Counted from the stretch's first letter, positions 1 through 12,299 are shown. The stretch: 64,000 nucleotides of DNA from Octopus vulgaris (GCA_951406725.2 OX597833.1:40982001-41046000); one strand, 5' to 3'. The notes: generated from the sequence alone by a model not told the origin. Numbers and translations: made by a program.

Positions 1-38
1 GTTCTCCCAAGATTTTGTTTATCTTTTATGATTTAAAT

Positions 39-270
39 TTTACTTGCTTCAGTCATTTCACTGCAGTCATACTGAAGATTTTTGTCAAACGAATCACGCC
101 CCCACCCCGTACTTAATATTCTCTTAAAGTCTGATACTCACTGTGTCGGTGTCTTTTGTCGAGCGGCTAAGTTACGAGGACGTAAACGAACCAACAGCGG
201 TTTTCAAGCGGAAGAGAGGTCAAGCATCAACGCAAAGAATTGCATGTACACACACACGTACACACGCACG

Positions 271-326
<56 letters not shown>

Positions 327-387
327 CACACACATATAAATATATTGATCGGTCGGAGGCAAAACTAAAATACACTTGCCCAAGGTA
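39..387 (-). mobile_element. Degenerate tRNA-derived SINE family B copy (CORE-like) with internal (CA)n, interrupted by a SINE-A insertion
   Basis: Blocks tttacttgcttcagtcatt, ctaagttacgaggacgtaaac and acacttgcccaaggt match the reverse complement of the fuller copy at 16387-16796. Confidence 0.65.
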
Positions 388-390
388 CCT

Positions 391-548
391 GAGTTCAAAT
401 TCCGCCGAGCTCGACTTTGCCTTTCATCCTTTCGGGGTCGATAAATTAAGTACCAGTTACGCACTGGGGTCGATATAATCGACTTAATCCGTCTGTCTGT
501 CATTGTTTGTCTCCTCTGTGTTTAGCCCCTTTTGGGTAATAAAGAAAC
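391..548 (+). mobile_element. 5'-truncated SINE family A (Meta/MESC-like core) with 8-bp TSD
   Basis: gagttcaaattccgccgag...gcctttcatcctttcggggtcgataaattaagtacc...aataaagaaac, flanked by aggtacct at 383-390 and 549-556. Confidence 0.85.
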
Positions 549-1908
549 AGGTACCTACCCTGTACTCAGAACACAAACCTGGCTTCTTTTGTTTCGTTTT
601 AATTTGTCTGCAGAGCGCATGAATGCTAGACTATGAAGAACATATTGCAGACGAGAGGGTATCAGCTGTTACGACCGATCAAGGAACATTAACAAGAAAA
701 GGTAGGAAAATAAAACAACAAATTAAAGATATTCTAAAAGCAAAAGTCAGCAGTAGTAAGAAGAAAAGAATTGGGGGACTTTGAAAGGTCATCAGAGTAA
801 GAAAGGGTTGTAAAGGGTCACCGAGTTGTATTTGCTCGCTTTGATGTTTCACAGCTGGGTGGTTATCAACATAACACACTTCCTGATGAAGCGTTTCGTT
901 TATTATTGCGGTATTTAGTTACGTTGCTTTTAGGTTCGGAGTTCAAATCACGCTGAGGCCAATTTTGTCATTCGTCTTTCTGAGGTCGATATAAAATATA
1001 CCAGTCAAGTACTGGATTTACTTTAGCCGACTTTATTCCTGCTTCCTAACAAAATCGATGTCTTTCAATTTAAAATGTACATTTATTATGAATGCACATG
1101 TCTATATGTCTGTGTGTGCATTCAAATAAATACATACATACATGTAAGTATGTATGTATGTATGTATGTATGTATGTATGTATGTATGTATGTATGTATG
1201 TATGTATGTATGTGTGTGTGTGTGCGTGTGTATGTATACTTCGATTTTACGTTTGGTTTGCAAGATCCTTGATGTGAATTCGTGTGTTGAGACAAATCTT
1301 GCGCCATTACGTCAATAATAATAAAACTCGCACAGGTTCAGTTCCATTTCTTTATTGTTAGTCAATTGGTTAAATATTTAGCCATCTAACAAATCGATTG
1401 TTTCTTTAATGTGCTGGTTAAACAATCAATCAGTTGTTTGTTAATCAAATTTCTTTTGTCTTTGTTCGCGACATTTTCAGTGGCTTAATGACTTCCAAGA
1501 TCTGCACTGATTCTGTTCTGTATGTATGTATGTTTTTGAGTGTGTATGTATATATATATATACACACACACATACACACACACACACGTTTATGTATTTG
1601 TTTTGCAAGATTCGTGATGTGAAATCGTGTGTTGAAACAGATATTGTTATATTTCGGGATGATCATTTATTTTTGTTTTTTGCCAACTAAACACACGCAC
1701 TATATGTTCGTTCTTCATCTAACATTTATCATTGTTCTTATCTTGTGTCCTTTGTCTGGAAATCTTTCGTTGCACATCTTGTGGCCTCCTCAGCGATTCT
1801 CCATCCCACGTATCTCCTATTCACTTTAGTCCATTCTGTCTTTCAATAGTGGTTAGCCTGTTGCACTCACGATCGCGAAAACACGTTTTAAATATATAAT
1901 ATATATAT

Positions 1909-2465
1909 AATTAAATAAGGGTAGAAATTGGTATTAATCAATTAAAACCAGTGGCTTGGCATATTTTAAAAAATCCGAAGATTTGTGCTACATACAAAAT
2001 TTAGAGGACTGACCACTAAAAGTGGACAGCCTATATGCTAAACGTAGAAGTCAAATCGCCGTGACCACGAAGAATGTGTTCTCAAGAAAAATCTCAGCAA
2101 TAAAGCAAAATGTAAAAATAAGCAAGGCAAGTGAAGATATACGAAATAAAGAACGATTACCTATGTACCATTAGTTTCACGTGTTAATATTTACGTATAT
2201 GGACACGCAAACATCTGCAAGATCATCAGCATAGTCTGTCGTTTACAAAACACAATTTCCAGAACAAGACACAGAACGCTCAACCGAAATCCAGCATGTA
2301 TAAAGTTCTACTGTTTATATTTAGATGTATCTTTTCAAATGCCCTCAGTTTGGCGCGCTGAGACTGGAAACTAATCTGCAGTTAATGAACTACAGCAGTA
2401 AATTTACCGGTTAGAGAACATTTTTTTTTATTTAGAATTAAATAAGGGTAGAAATTGATATTAAT
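1909..2465 (-). mobile_element. Hammerhead-bearing PLE-type terminal (pLTR-like) element whose 3' end abuts (TA)n
   Basis: Contains the hammerhead at 2161-2234. Its terminal aattaaataagggtagaaattg occurs at both 1909 and 2436, and a related terminus lies in the opposite orientation at ~32890-32990. Confidence 0.55.
2161..2234 (-). ncRNA. Type I hammerhead ribozyme, canonical core
   Basis: Minus strand: stem I CUAUG, CUGAUGA, long stem II, GAAA, CU-aau-GG, UA, stem I' CAUAG. Predicted cleavage after GUA. Confidence 0.75.
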
Positions 2466-2599
2466 TAATATCAATTGATATCAGAAATTGATATTTGTTA
2501 TTTTATATTTAATATTTCTATTATATGTAATTTTCAAGATGGTGTAATTTAATTGTTCATTTTGAATTGATAAAAGGTATTTTTTTCTAATTTTTATAT

Positions 2600-2686
2600 A
2601 TATATTATAGTTTGTGAAATTTGATTTAGTATTTCTAAATTGAATTTTTCCCTGTAAGTTAGGAATAATATTCCCTCAAATTATCA
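2600..2686 (+). repeat. Dispersed (TA)n-associated repeat, family F
   Basis: gtgaaatttgatttagtatttctaaattgaatttttccctgtaagtt...ttccct recurs at ~30500-30575 (+) and 54483-54570 (-). Confidence 0.6.
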
Positions 2687-3084
2687 TATATATATATATA
2701 TATACTAAAGGCGGTGCTCCAGCATGGCTGAAGTCAAATGACTTAAACAAATAAAAGAATAAAAGAATAATGTAAAAAAATGTACTTTAAAAGATGTCAG
2801 GAATATAGAATGGCACGATCATTTTGGAAGGAATATTTTGTATTATGTGTCTAAGCGCTTTCGTTGTTAACGAGACTGAATCAAGTATTTTCTTCTAAAA
2901 TCTTGCACACACATGCTCACGCAAACATATACAGACATATAAACACATACATATACGCACAGACGTGTGTGTGTGTGGGTATGTGGGTGGGTGTGTGCTT
3001 ATGTATGAGTATGTCTGGATTTATAAACGCGTGAAAAGTATATTTTTTGATGGTGTATGCATAAATGCAAATGATTGGCAATTA

Positions 3085-3225
3085 TTAGGTTGTCCCAAAA
3101 GTTCGTAAACACTTGCGAAAATTGAATTTTTACTCGCCAAGTACTAACAAAAACAACAAAAATTATTCCTCAAAATAAAGACCATTATTTTCCAAGACTT
3201 TCTACGAACTTTTGGGACAACCTTA
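3085..3225. mobile_element. Mariner-type MITE (141 bp) with TA TSD
   Basis: Terminal inverted repeats (TIRs) ttaggttgtcccaaaagttcgta / tacgaacttttgggacaacctta, flanked by TA. The TIR resembles that of the mariner at 7507. Confidence 0.85.
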
Positions 3226-3315
3226 TAATAAGTGTTCGTGCGCGTGTATGAGTGCGTGAACATACGTGTGAGTGTGGGAGGAGGAAAAGGTAAACGTACA
3301 AACACACTTAAATAC

Positions 3316-3365
<50 letters not shown>

Positions 3366-3382
3366 GTGTATACATTCATATG

Positions 3383-3413
<31 letters not shown>

Positions 3414-3477
3414 GTACATAGGCATACATTAACACATTCACTCATATGCGTGCATAACGCATACGCGCGCGCACTTA

Positions 3478-3520
<43 letters not shown>

Positions 3521-4054
3521 ACACACACACACACACGCACACACACGCACGAACAAACGCACGCGTACGAACGAGGGAGGGAGATGAAATACAGTATAGC
3601 AGATAATCCACAACGCATACTCCATCATTCACGGCGATTAGGAAATCTCACGCTTCATATATTCATATATTTGCTTAAATATAAATTGTATGTATGTATG
3701 TATGTATTAATGTATGTATGTATGTATGTATGTATGTATGTATGTATGTATGTATGTATGTATGTATGTATGTATGTATGTATGTATTAATGTATTAATG
3801 TATGTATGTATGTATGTATGTATGTATGTATGTATTAAATATGGTAAGGCAATCTGAAAACCAAAGAAACTTCTAAACTTTTACCGATTTTTATGAAATG
3901 TTTGTGTTAACGGACACAAGTTAGCGGAAGCTAAATGTAACGGAAGTTAATTAGTCCGATAATGGTTTTCAAAGTTAACTTAAAAGTTAAATTGTTAACG
4001 AAAATGTTATCTTCGTTAATTAACGATTAATGGATTTACGGGCTTACTCCCAGC

Positions 4055-4121
<67 letters not shown>

Positions 4122-4149
4122 TAGTAGATACACACACACACACACACAT

Positions 4150-4430
4150 CAAGGCTCAAGGTATGGTGGTTAGAGTGTTCTACATACGATCTAGCGATCG
4201 CCGTTTCGATTTCCGGTCTGGCAGTGTGTTGTGTTCTTGAGGAAAACGCTTCATTTCACGTTACTCCTGCCTACTCAGCTGCAAACAGATAACGCTATCA
4301 CGGACTGGCGTTACCGCTGAAGAGGAACATTGGCCTACTTGCCAAGCCATTGAGACGGCTTCATTCGAAAGCTACAACAATGCGAGGAAGAGCATCGTAA
4401 CCAGTGGTATATAGCAATATCCGATTATCG
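4150..4430 (+). mobile_element. Old degenerate tRNA-derived SINE (CORE-like middle, tail like the 9119 copy)
   Basis: Box A/B-like tggtggttagagtg...gtttcgatttcc, CORE-like gttgtgttcttgaggaaaacgc, and tail gaaagctacaacaatgcga. Confidence 0.55.
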
Positions 4431-4892
4431 CGCTGATACAGTGATGCATATATAACTCCTCCTCCGCCTCTCCTCCTCCTCCTCTCTCTTCTCCCCCTTC
4501 ACTCTCTCCCCTCTCCTCTCTCCCCCTCCTCTCTCTTCTCTCCCCTCTCACTCTCCCCACAGCCGAACCAACACCCCACATGGGCTTTCCCCACTCTCGC
4601 CCCCACCTACCCACAATATCACACCACACTACTCTACACCATACAACATTACACATCACATCACAACACACCACCCACACACCCATTCCCATATCTCCAC
4701 ACCCACACATACATACACACGTCCAGGCCACCAGCGCTCTTTCACACGCACATACATACTCTCTTATACACACACGCACCTTCGTGTTGGGGCCACCTTC
4801 GTTTTGGAAGTCACTTGACCCTGTTATCTCTCCTACTATCCCTCTAGCGTCTAACGTCTGACATCTGACCTCTGATCTCTGCCTGAAGTCAG

Positions 4893-5104
4893 AACGCCAT
4901 GATAGACCGTTAGCTCCTACACGCATTTTTTTCTCTCCTTGTTTCTCTCCTTGTTTCTTTTCTGTGTATCTTTCTGTCGAAGAGCGTAGGCTCGAAACGT
5001 AAAAGACTTGTTCTATTTCTATTCCTGAGCGCCATACTAGTACATTTGTTTGTTTGTACTCCACCTGCCTTCGTCTTTTGTTTATTTTCGTAAACCTTCC
5101 CGTT
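4893..5104 (+). mobile_element. Short hammerhead-bearing element, family C2, 3' end at (TA)n
   Basis: Near-identical reverse-complement copy at 57310-57507; contains the fold at 4969-5006. Confidence 0.75.
4969..5006 (+). ncRNA. Minimal hammerhead-like motif, U6 core variant
   Basis: UCUUU, CUGUCGA, A, GAGC gtag GCUC, GAAA, CG, UA, AAAGA: 5-bp stem I, 4-bp stem II, stem III is the palindrome ACGU. Confidence 0.6.
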
Positions 5105-5351
5105 ATATATAACTATATATATATTTGTAAGTCTATAAGAATTACTTAAGGCAAGACTAACACATCAGATGTAGGAAAGCACTCCTAAATTCATGATGCT
5201 CTCACTCAGTGGGAATAAAACTCTGGCCAACCAAATAGGGCATACATCAAGAACAACGTTAGTTGTATGAAAAAATCTAATATTCAAATTCTCACATTAT
5301 CTGTTCATGACCTAATTACAAATTCAAAATGACCGACAAGGCAAACACACC

Positions 5352-5501
5352 CCTCTCTGCTTATTTCTGTGTTCCTTTCTGTTGAAGAGCGTAGGCTGGA
5401 AACGTAAAAGACTTTCTCACTTTCCGAGAGCTAAACTAATACATCTGTTTGTTGTTTACACACCCGTCTTCGCCTTCTACTTCTTTTTCGTAAATTCCAA
5501 C
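5352..5501 (+). mobile_element. Short hammerhead-bearing element, family C3, 3' end at (TA)n
   Basis: ctgttgaagagcgtaggctggaaacgtaaaagac at 5379; reverse-complement copy at 59397-59548. Confidence 0.7.
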
Positions 5502-6259
5502 TATATATATATATTATATATAGAGAGCATTATTACACATAAATGCCACACGCTAGGAGGGACTCTTAAAGTCAAAACTACTAAAATAAATAAACATATC
5601 GTACCGAAAGCAAGTCTCGAAGAATGTCATTTAAAAACAGAATTCAGCTGCAGTGATTTCGTAATTAGTGCAGTTATATGCACTCTTCACTCATCGGTGC
5701 AAGCATAATTCAAGATTTATAATGAATGAACAAAAACAACATACCAGACGAACAACTGTCGCATCCATCATAGTATATCGAACTGTTCACCCCTTACACA
5801 TCTATGTAAATGGCGGGCTTTTTCGAATTGCTTGATAAATTCTTATAAAGACTTCATCCTATTTTTAAATTATAAATTTAACCAGAGTATATTCAATACT
5901 GAATTTTTATTCCGAATAAGCACGTTGTTACCGAAATGCAGTATAGAATTTGTTTCGCTTTTTGAGTACATATAAAAGCGTTCGACTCCCCTTTCACTGA
6001 CGTTTTGTATTCTTTATTCTCTTTGTATAGCGTAAAAATGTTTAATTAAACTTTACAAATTTCACGTTGAGGTATGTTCCTGTGTATATTTGTTTGTATA
6101 TCCTTTATCATGGGGTAAAAAACCCATTGACGAAGGATATAACATTTTACCTTAAAGCATTTTCAATAAAACCTTTTCATAGAATTTATTTTTTCCCAAA
6201 GACATTTTTCGAATGAAATAATGAAAATACTTTAAAATTGTATTCTATAATTCCTTTTA

Positions 6260-7085
6260 ATCTTGACACAAGGCCAGAATTTTAAAGGAAGTAGGATGGG
6301 GGAAGGGAAGTCGATAACAGCAATTCCAATCTACTAGGGCTTATTTTATCGACCCCGAAATAAAGAAAGGCAAAAATAACCTCAGCGGGATTTGAACTCA
6401 AAATGCAATGATCCAGAAGAAACGCAACCAAGCTTACCGCCTGTTTCAAATTTTGGCACGAGACCAGCAGTTTTGGGAGGAGGGGTAAGCGGTTACATCG
6501 ATCCCAGTGAAGGCGGCGAGCTGGCAGAAACGTTAGCACGCTGGGCGAAATGCTTAACGGTATTTCGTCTGCGTTACGTTGTGAGTTCAAATTCCGCCGA
6601 GGTCGACTTTGCCTTTCATCCTTTCGGGGTCGATAAATTAAGTACCAGTTACGCACTGGGGTCGATGTAATCGACTTAATCCGTTTGTCTGTCCTTGTTT
6701 GTCCCCTCTGTGTTTAGCCCCTTGTGGGTAATAAAGAAATAGGTTACATCGATCCCAGTACATGATTGCCTCTTTAATTTACCGATCCTGAAGGGTTACA
6801 GGCAAAGTTAAACTCGGCGGAATTTGAACTCAAAATGGAATGAGCCAGAAGAAACGTAACCAAGCTTACCGCCTGTTTCAAAGTTTGGCACGAGACCAGC
6901 AGTTTTGGGGGGAGAGGTAAGCGGTTACATCGATCCCAGTACATGATTGGCTCTTTAATTTACCGATCCGTCAGGTTCAGGCAAAGTTAAACTAGGCGGA
7001 ATTTGAACTGAGAAGGCAAAGAACCGGAAGAAATGCCGTTAAGCATTATATTCTACGTACTAATGATTTTGTCAGTTGGCTGCCT
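6260..7085 (-). repeat. Tandem array of old SINE-A-derived units (~180-bp local duplication) hosting a younger insertion
   Basis: atttgaactcaaaatg...agcttaccgcctgtttcaaa...gtaagcggttacatcgatcccagt occurs at ~6390-6508 and ~6821-6940. Confidence 0.65.
6509..6741 (+). mobile_element. Full-length SINE family A with 18-bp TSD
   Basis: Head ggcggcgagctggcagaaacgttagc, box B gagttcaaattcc, tail aataaagaaata; TSD ggttacatcgatcccagt at 6491-6508 and 6742-6759. Confidence 0.92.
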
Positions 7086-7375
7086 TCTAATCCCTAATGA
7101 AAAGATTAGTCTAGTGCTCTTTTATTTACTATAATTATGCTAAACTAAAATTAAATAATTACTAAATTAATCATTTAATTTTTTTTTATGAATTTTTCTT
7201 CTTAAAAATTCTTATTACGTATTTGTATGCTATTTATTTTAATCGCAGGGGTTCTGCACTGCAATTCAAACATGTGAGCTTTGACCAAGATGACGTAAGT
7301 TTTTGCCTTGGCGGAGGAGTGGCTGTTCCACATTCATACATTTATTAATAATAAATATTCATTTGTACGTATATG

Positions 7376-7432
<57 letters not shown>

Positions 7433-7506
7433 TTTACGTCATAAGAATTTTAACATTTTTGCAAAATTTATGAAGTAAATTATGTTTAATGCTGGAACTC
7501 GAAGTA

Positions 7507-8074
7507 TTGGGTTGTCCTGAAAGTTCGTGCCGATTTTTAAAGGAAAGAAAAAGGTCAATAAATACTTGCCATTACATTTTTAATCAACCAAATATGAACC
7601 ATTTTGTTGCACAATGCATCTCCATCTTCCTTTTAACTTGAAAATACCCTCTTCCCAGAATTGAGGTGGTTTCATGGCAAAGAATTCATCAAGGTATCTT
7701 TTTACGTCATCAAAGGAATTGTAATTTTTAACATTAAGACTATTCTGCAGAGACCTGAGTAAGTGGAAATCCGAAGGAGCAATATCTGGTGAATATGGAG
7801 GGTGGGGTAACACATCTTAGCCAAGCTGCAGCAATTTTTGTCTGGTTCCCAAAGCATCAAGTGCCGAAAATGAACTTCCTTATCTTCCATTTTAAAGGGT
7901 TACAGAATTAACACAGATTATAGGAACATAAACTTTCTTCCACGAAAAGATAGCTTAAACTGTGCTCTAAATGGAGGTGTAGTGAAATCTTATTTTATGG
8001 ACTCAACCATGTTCTAAAATAAGTCGAAAGGTAAGCTCTACTATAAATCGGCACGAACTTTCCGGACAACCCAA
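7507..8074 (-). mobile_element. Internally deleted mariner transposon (568 bp)
   Basis: ~30-bp TIRs ttgggttgtcctgaaagttcgtgccgattt / aaatcggcacgaactttccggacaacccaa with TA TSD. The transposase N-terminus MEDKEVHFRHLMLWE is joined to the C-terminus HPPYSPDIAPSDFHL...FWEEGIFKLKGRW. Confidence 0.95.
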
Positions 8075-8371
8075 TAGATAAAATAATGAATATTAATGTG
8101 TTTAATATTGGGTTATAAAATGTCCTTCTTGGACTGAAGTAGTTGACGACTGCACGTGGGACTCAAATCCACATATTTTGTAAAAGTAGCAGATTCGGCA
8201 TTATACCATTTATAACAAATCAACCAGTCGGATTTTCACCATCCATTTTCAATGCTTTGTTCAATTACCAACGAATAGTATGTTTCTTTAATTAACTCAA
8301 TATTTCTCAATATTTCTTTAATTAACTAGGCGATGCCTAATACAATTGCTTCAATTTATAACTGTATATCA

Positions 8372-8620
8372 TAGGAGTGGCTGTGTGGTATGAAGCTTGT
8401 TTCTCAACCACATGGTTCTGGGTTCAGTCCCACTGCGTGGAAACATAGGCAAGTGTCTCCTACAATAGCCTCGGACTTACCAAAGACTTGTGAACGGAGC
8501 TGACAACCAGTGTTGGTGTGTTCTCGTCCCTGTAACTAAGCGATTCAGCAATAGTTACCGATAGAATAAATATCAGTCTTTAAAAAATAAGTCCTGTGGT
8601 TGAATCATTCGACTAAAAAT
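8372..8620 (+). mobile_element. SINE family B copy lacking the internal microsatellite segment
   Basis: ggagtggctgtgtggta...gggttcagtcccactgcgtgg...tggtgtgttctcgtccctgtaactaagcg matches the 16387 copy. Confidence 0.75.
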
Positions 8621-8629
8621 TTTTCAGAC

Positions 8630-8877
8630 GCGTTGTGTCCTTGAGCAAGACACTTTATTTCACGTTGCTTCAGTCCACTCAGCTGGTAAAAATTAGCTGT
8701 ACCTGTAATTCTAAGGGACAGCCCTCTCACATTCTGTATCACGTTGAATCTCCCTCAGAACTTCGTTAAAGGTACGCGTGTCTGTGGAATGCTCAGCCAC
8801 TTGCACGTTAATTTCACGAGCAGACTGTTCCGTTGATCGGATCTAACCGGAAGCCTCGTCGTCGTAACCGACGGAGT

Positions 8878-8879
<2 letters not shown>
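8630..8879 (+). mobile_element. SINE family E body (CORE-like start)
   Basis: gttgtgtccttgagcaagacac...gtgtctgtggaatgctcagccacttgcacgttaatttcacgagcag; second copy at 58598-58796. Confidence 0.7.
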
Positions 8880-8951
<72 letters not shown>

Positions 8952-8985
8952 TGTGTGTCTGTGTCTGTGTCTGTGTGTTTGTGTC

Positions 8986-9026
<41 letters not shown>

Positions 9027-9118
9027 AAACTTACTTGGAAATGGATACGTGACGTTCAATCAAATAATAATATAAATAATAAATATATATATATATTTGC
9101 GTATACACATATATATAT

Positions 9119-9403
9119 GGAGGCGCAACGGCCCAGTGTTTAGGGCAGCGGACTCGCGGTCGTAGGTTTCGATTCCCAGACCGGGCGTTGTGAGTGTTTA
9201 TTGAGCGAAAACACCTAAAAGCTCCACGATGCTCCGGCAGGGGGTGGTGATCCCTGCTGTACTCTTTCACCACTCTTTCTTCTGTTGACCTGCTCGCTTA
9301 GCCAGCGGGGTGGCGTCATTCGAAGGCTAAAACAATGCGAACGCATTGTGACCAGCGATGTATAACAACATCTGATGGTCTGGTCGGTCACGTGATCACG
9401 TGA
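9119..9403 (+). mobile_element. tRNA-derived SINE family C
   Basis: Head ggaggcgcaacggcccagtgtttagggcagcggactcgcggtc...gtttcgattccc, shared with the copy at 23567-23882 (-). Confidence 0.85.
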
Positions 9404-9426
9404 TATATATTATTTATATAGGTATG

Positions 9427-9479
<53 letters not shown>

Positions 9480-10057
9480 ATGTATGTATGTATGTATGTG
9501 TGTATGTATATGTATATAGATGTATACACACATCATGCACATCCTTTCTTCCAAATAAAACTGTCAGTGAAAGCATCCTTCTCTTATGTATTACTTATTA
9601 CTTTCATAAGACCAATCAATGAAGTTTTAAATGTCAAATCTACATCAAATCGGGTTGTATTCAGAGTATATAGATACACACACACTCATACACACAAACT
9701 CAGACACATTCTACTTCGTAAATATCTTTGCAATGACAGGCGCCACTTAAAAGAACAATCTTGTACAAATTCAAGTGACAAGAGATAAAAAGGATTATTA
9801 GGTAGGTTGTTAAAGAGTTATGTTTGATTAGTATCGAATAATCAGTCGTCTAGTATTTTATTTCTGCTGCCGTTCGCTTTCTTGATGGACTTCGTTAAAG
9901 TTCGTTAAAGTTAGTTTATTTTGTAAAAGATACAGGGAATAGCTATCCAAGGGACAGTTGGGTGTCTTATGTTACAAAGGATGTAAGGGCTCCATATTCG
10001 ATAGGAGGGCAGTGATAGAGACAGGTGTGAGTGTGTGTGTGTGTATGTGCGTGTGTA

Positions 10058-10096
<39 letters not shown>

Positions 10097-10127
10097 ACAT
10101 ATACATATAGACAGAAAGAGATGGATG

Positions 10128-10195
<68 letters not shown>

Positions 10196-10479
10196 TGAGG
10201 TCAGACATTCAGGGAGATAAGTACGTCTATACACAATTAGATAGACAACATTTAGCTATGTAAATAGAGTCACGTGTGGTATAGCTAAACAGATAGATAG
10301 AAAGATTATACATATATATATATACTCACACACACACACACACACACACATTCATAGTTAGATGGATAGTTAGACCAACAAGTCAATAGGCATTAAATTA
10401 GATTCATAAATGTATAAATGTATTCATTAAGTCGCTGATTAATTGGCTAATCAGCCAGTAAAATATTGATTGAAGGACC

Positions 10480-11085
10480 ATCCCGAAAGTAATACAATAG
10501 TGGACTTAGCTTTAACCAGCATAAATCGTTCATGTGGCTTCTGTCGGTAAAGTAACTCATTATCTATAGAAATGCACCAGTCTCCATAATAAGCGAGTTT
10601 GTCGATTGCCTGATTTGTTGCCAAAAATGCATGCAGTCACGAATTATCATAATGAATGCGGCTTGTTTTCAGATCCTTGCTTGGTCTCTTCCTCCTATGT
10701 CTCAATGTTCACGGTACAACCACTTTCCAAAAAAATCAAGGACAGTGACGTCCTCATTATCCCAAAAGATATTCCCTATGACTTACTGTACCAATTGCTG
10801 GCTCTTGTACTCTTTAGACCTTGGAAAAGAGAGATGTGGCGCCATTCTATGGCTTTTGTTTCCGGATCTTAAAGGTGCACCCAAGTTTCATCTCGTCCCA
10901 CCAGATCGGAAATAAAGAAAAGAAGTCTTCATTGGCTTCAAATACTTCCAGCAGATAAAAGCAGATTCCAATCATTTCCCCTTCCGATAGGCGTTCATGT
11001 TCAGATTTTATAATTGGTGTTTAAAGCCCATCTCTAGTTTACGAGCGATGTTTATTAAGATTCATCGACTCTGCGTAGACTATCA
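10480..11085 (-). pseudogene. Decayed mariner (DD34D-type) transposase
   Basis: Minus-strand frames give RDETWVHL*DPETKAIEWRH, IFWDNEDVTVLDF and HYDNS*LHAFLATNQAI, i.e. the GDETW, FWD and HDN mariner motifs with stops and frameshifts. Confidence 0.85.
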
Positions 11086-12147
11086 TCTTAAATATGTGAA
11101 CGGTTTATTATGTGTATGCGTGTCTCTCTTTATGTATGTGTGTAGATATATATGATTTATGGTATATTGTGAATGGGATACGTTGTTCGTTCTGCATGTG
11201 TATAGAGTGGATTGTGGGTTATATGCGTAATGGTTATTGCTGTTGTTGCATATTTCACGTCGGTTCCGAATACGTAAATCTTTAATCAAACCTTTTTCAA
11301 CCATGATTAAATCTTCTCTTCTCAAAACTTCACCCTTTAAACAATCTCCTATTTTAAAGTCAAATGGGTATGGTTTCGAAGAGAGGTGGCAGCCATTTTT
11401 GGCAGCTCTTAGGTTAACAAACAAGCTTGCACGTTTGCTTGTGCATATAATGGTCTAGTATATGCAGTGCGTACTGTACATGGTATATGGTGGACTTGAG
11501 TAATGCACTGTATGTGGAGTAGAATATGTGCTGTGGGTACTCTACACTATAGACTGAGCTGTATGGAGTATTCACTGTACGTTGTGGGATGTGTGAATAA
11601 CATACAGAGGAGAGGTTGTGCAGTATAAACAGTGTGTTCACGTTACAGTATGAGAAAGTGTGTTGTTACACAGTATAGGGTGCAATGTCGGCAAGCTACG
11701 CACTACGGGGAATGATGTTACTGATGTACACATTATCGTATGTAATATGTGTAGTGTACACAGTATAGTGTATAAAGTTAAAGTAATTAATACACGTGGT
11801 ATGTGTGTGTATCCTGTATGCATGAGTCTTTTTGCCTGTAAGTCTCTCTCTCTCTCACTATATATATGGGTATATATATGCGTATGATATATGGATATAG
11901 ATACGGGTATATATGTATGCATGTATATAAGTATGTATGTACGTATGTATGTACGTATGTATGCATGTATGTAAGTAAGTATCAAAATAATTGTGTGCAT
12001 ACATGCGTACATACATAATTTCATTTAGCTTTATTAATGTATATACATATACCCACACACACACTCTAACGCACACACACACATGCTTGCATGTGTATAC
12101 ATGTGTAATTGCATAAAGAAATGTATATTTGCATGACTATGTGTATA

Positions 12148-12219
<72 letters not shown>

Positions 12220-12299
12220 AACATTCTTATACATACATATATGTGTGTGTGTGTCTTTCTAAATATCTTTTTGTATGCGTGTATGCGTATATATATTAT

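Noticed and set aside
875-905. CTGATGA followed by a small hairpin
   Set aside because: No downstream GAAA or closing stem I.
4372-5064. 230-aa minus-strand ORF
   Set aside because: It is the antisense of a family C2 repeat plus low-complexity CT/CA tracts.
6509-6600. tRNA-like box A/B sequences here and in SINE-B/C heads
   Set aside because: They are multicopy SINE heads without a complete cloverleaf, not tRNA genes.
10606-10915. Plus-strand 88-aa and 94-aa ORFs
   Set aside because: They are antisense to the decayed mariner transposase.
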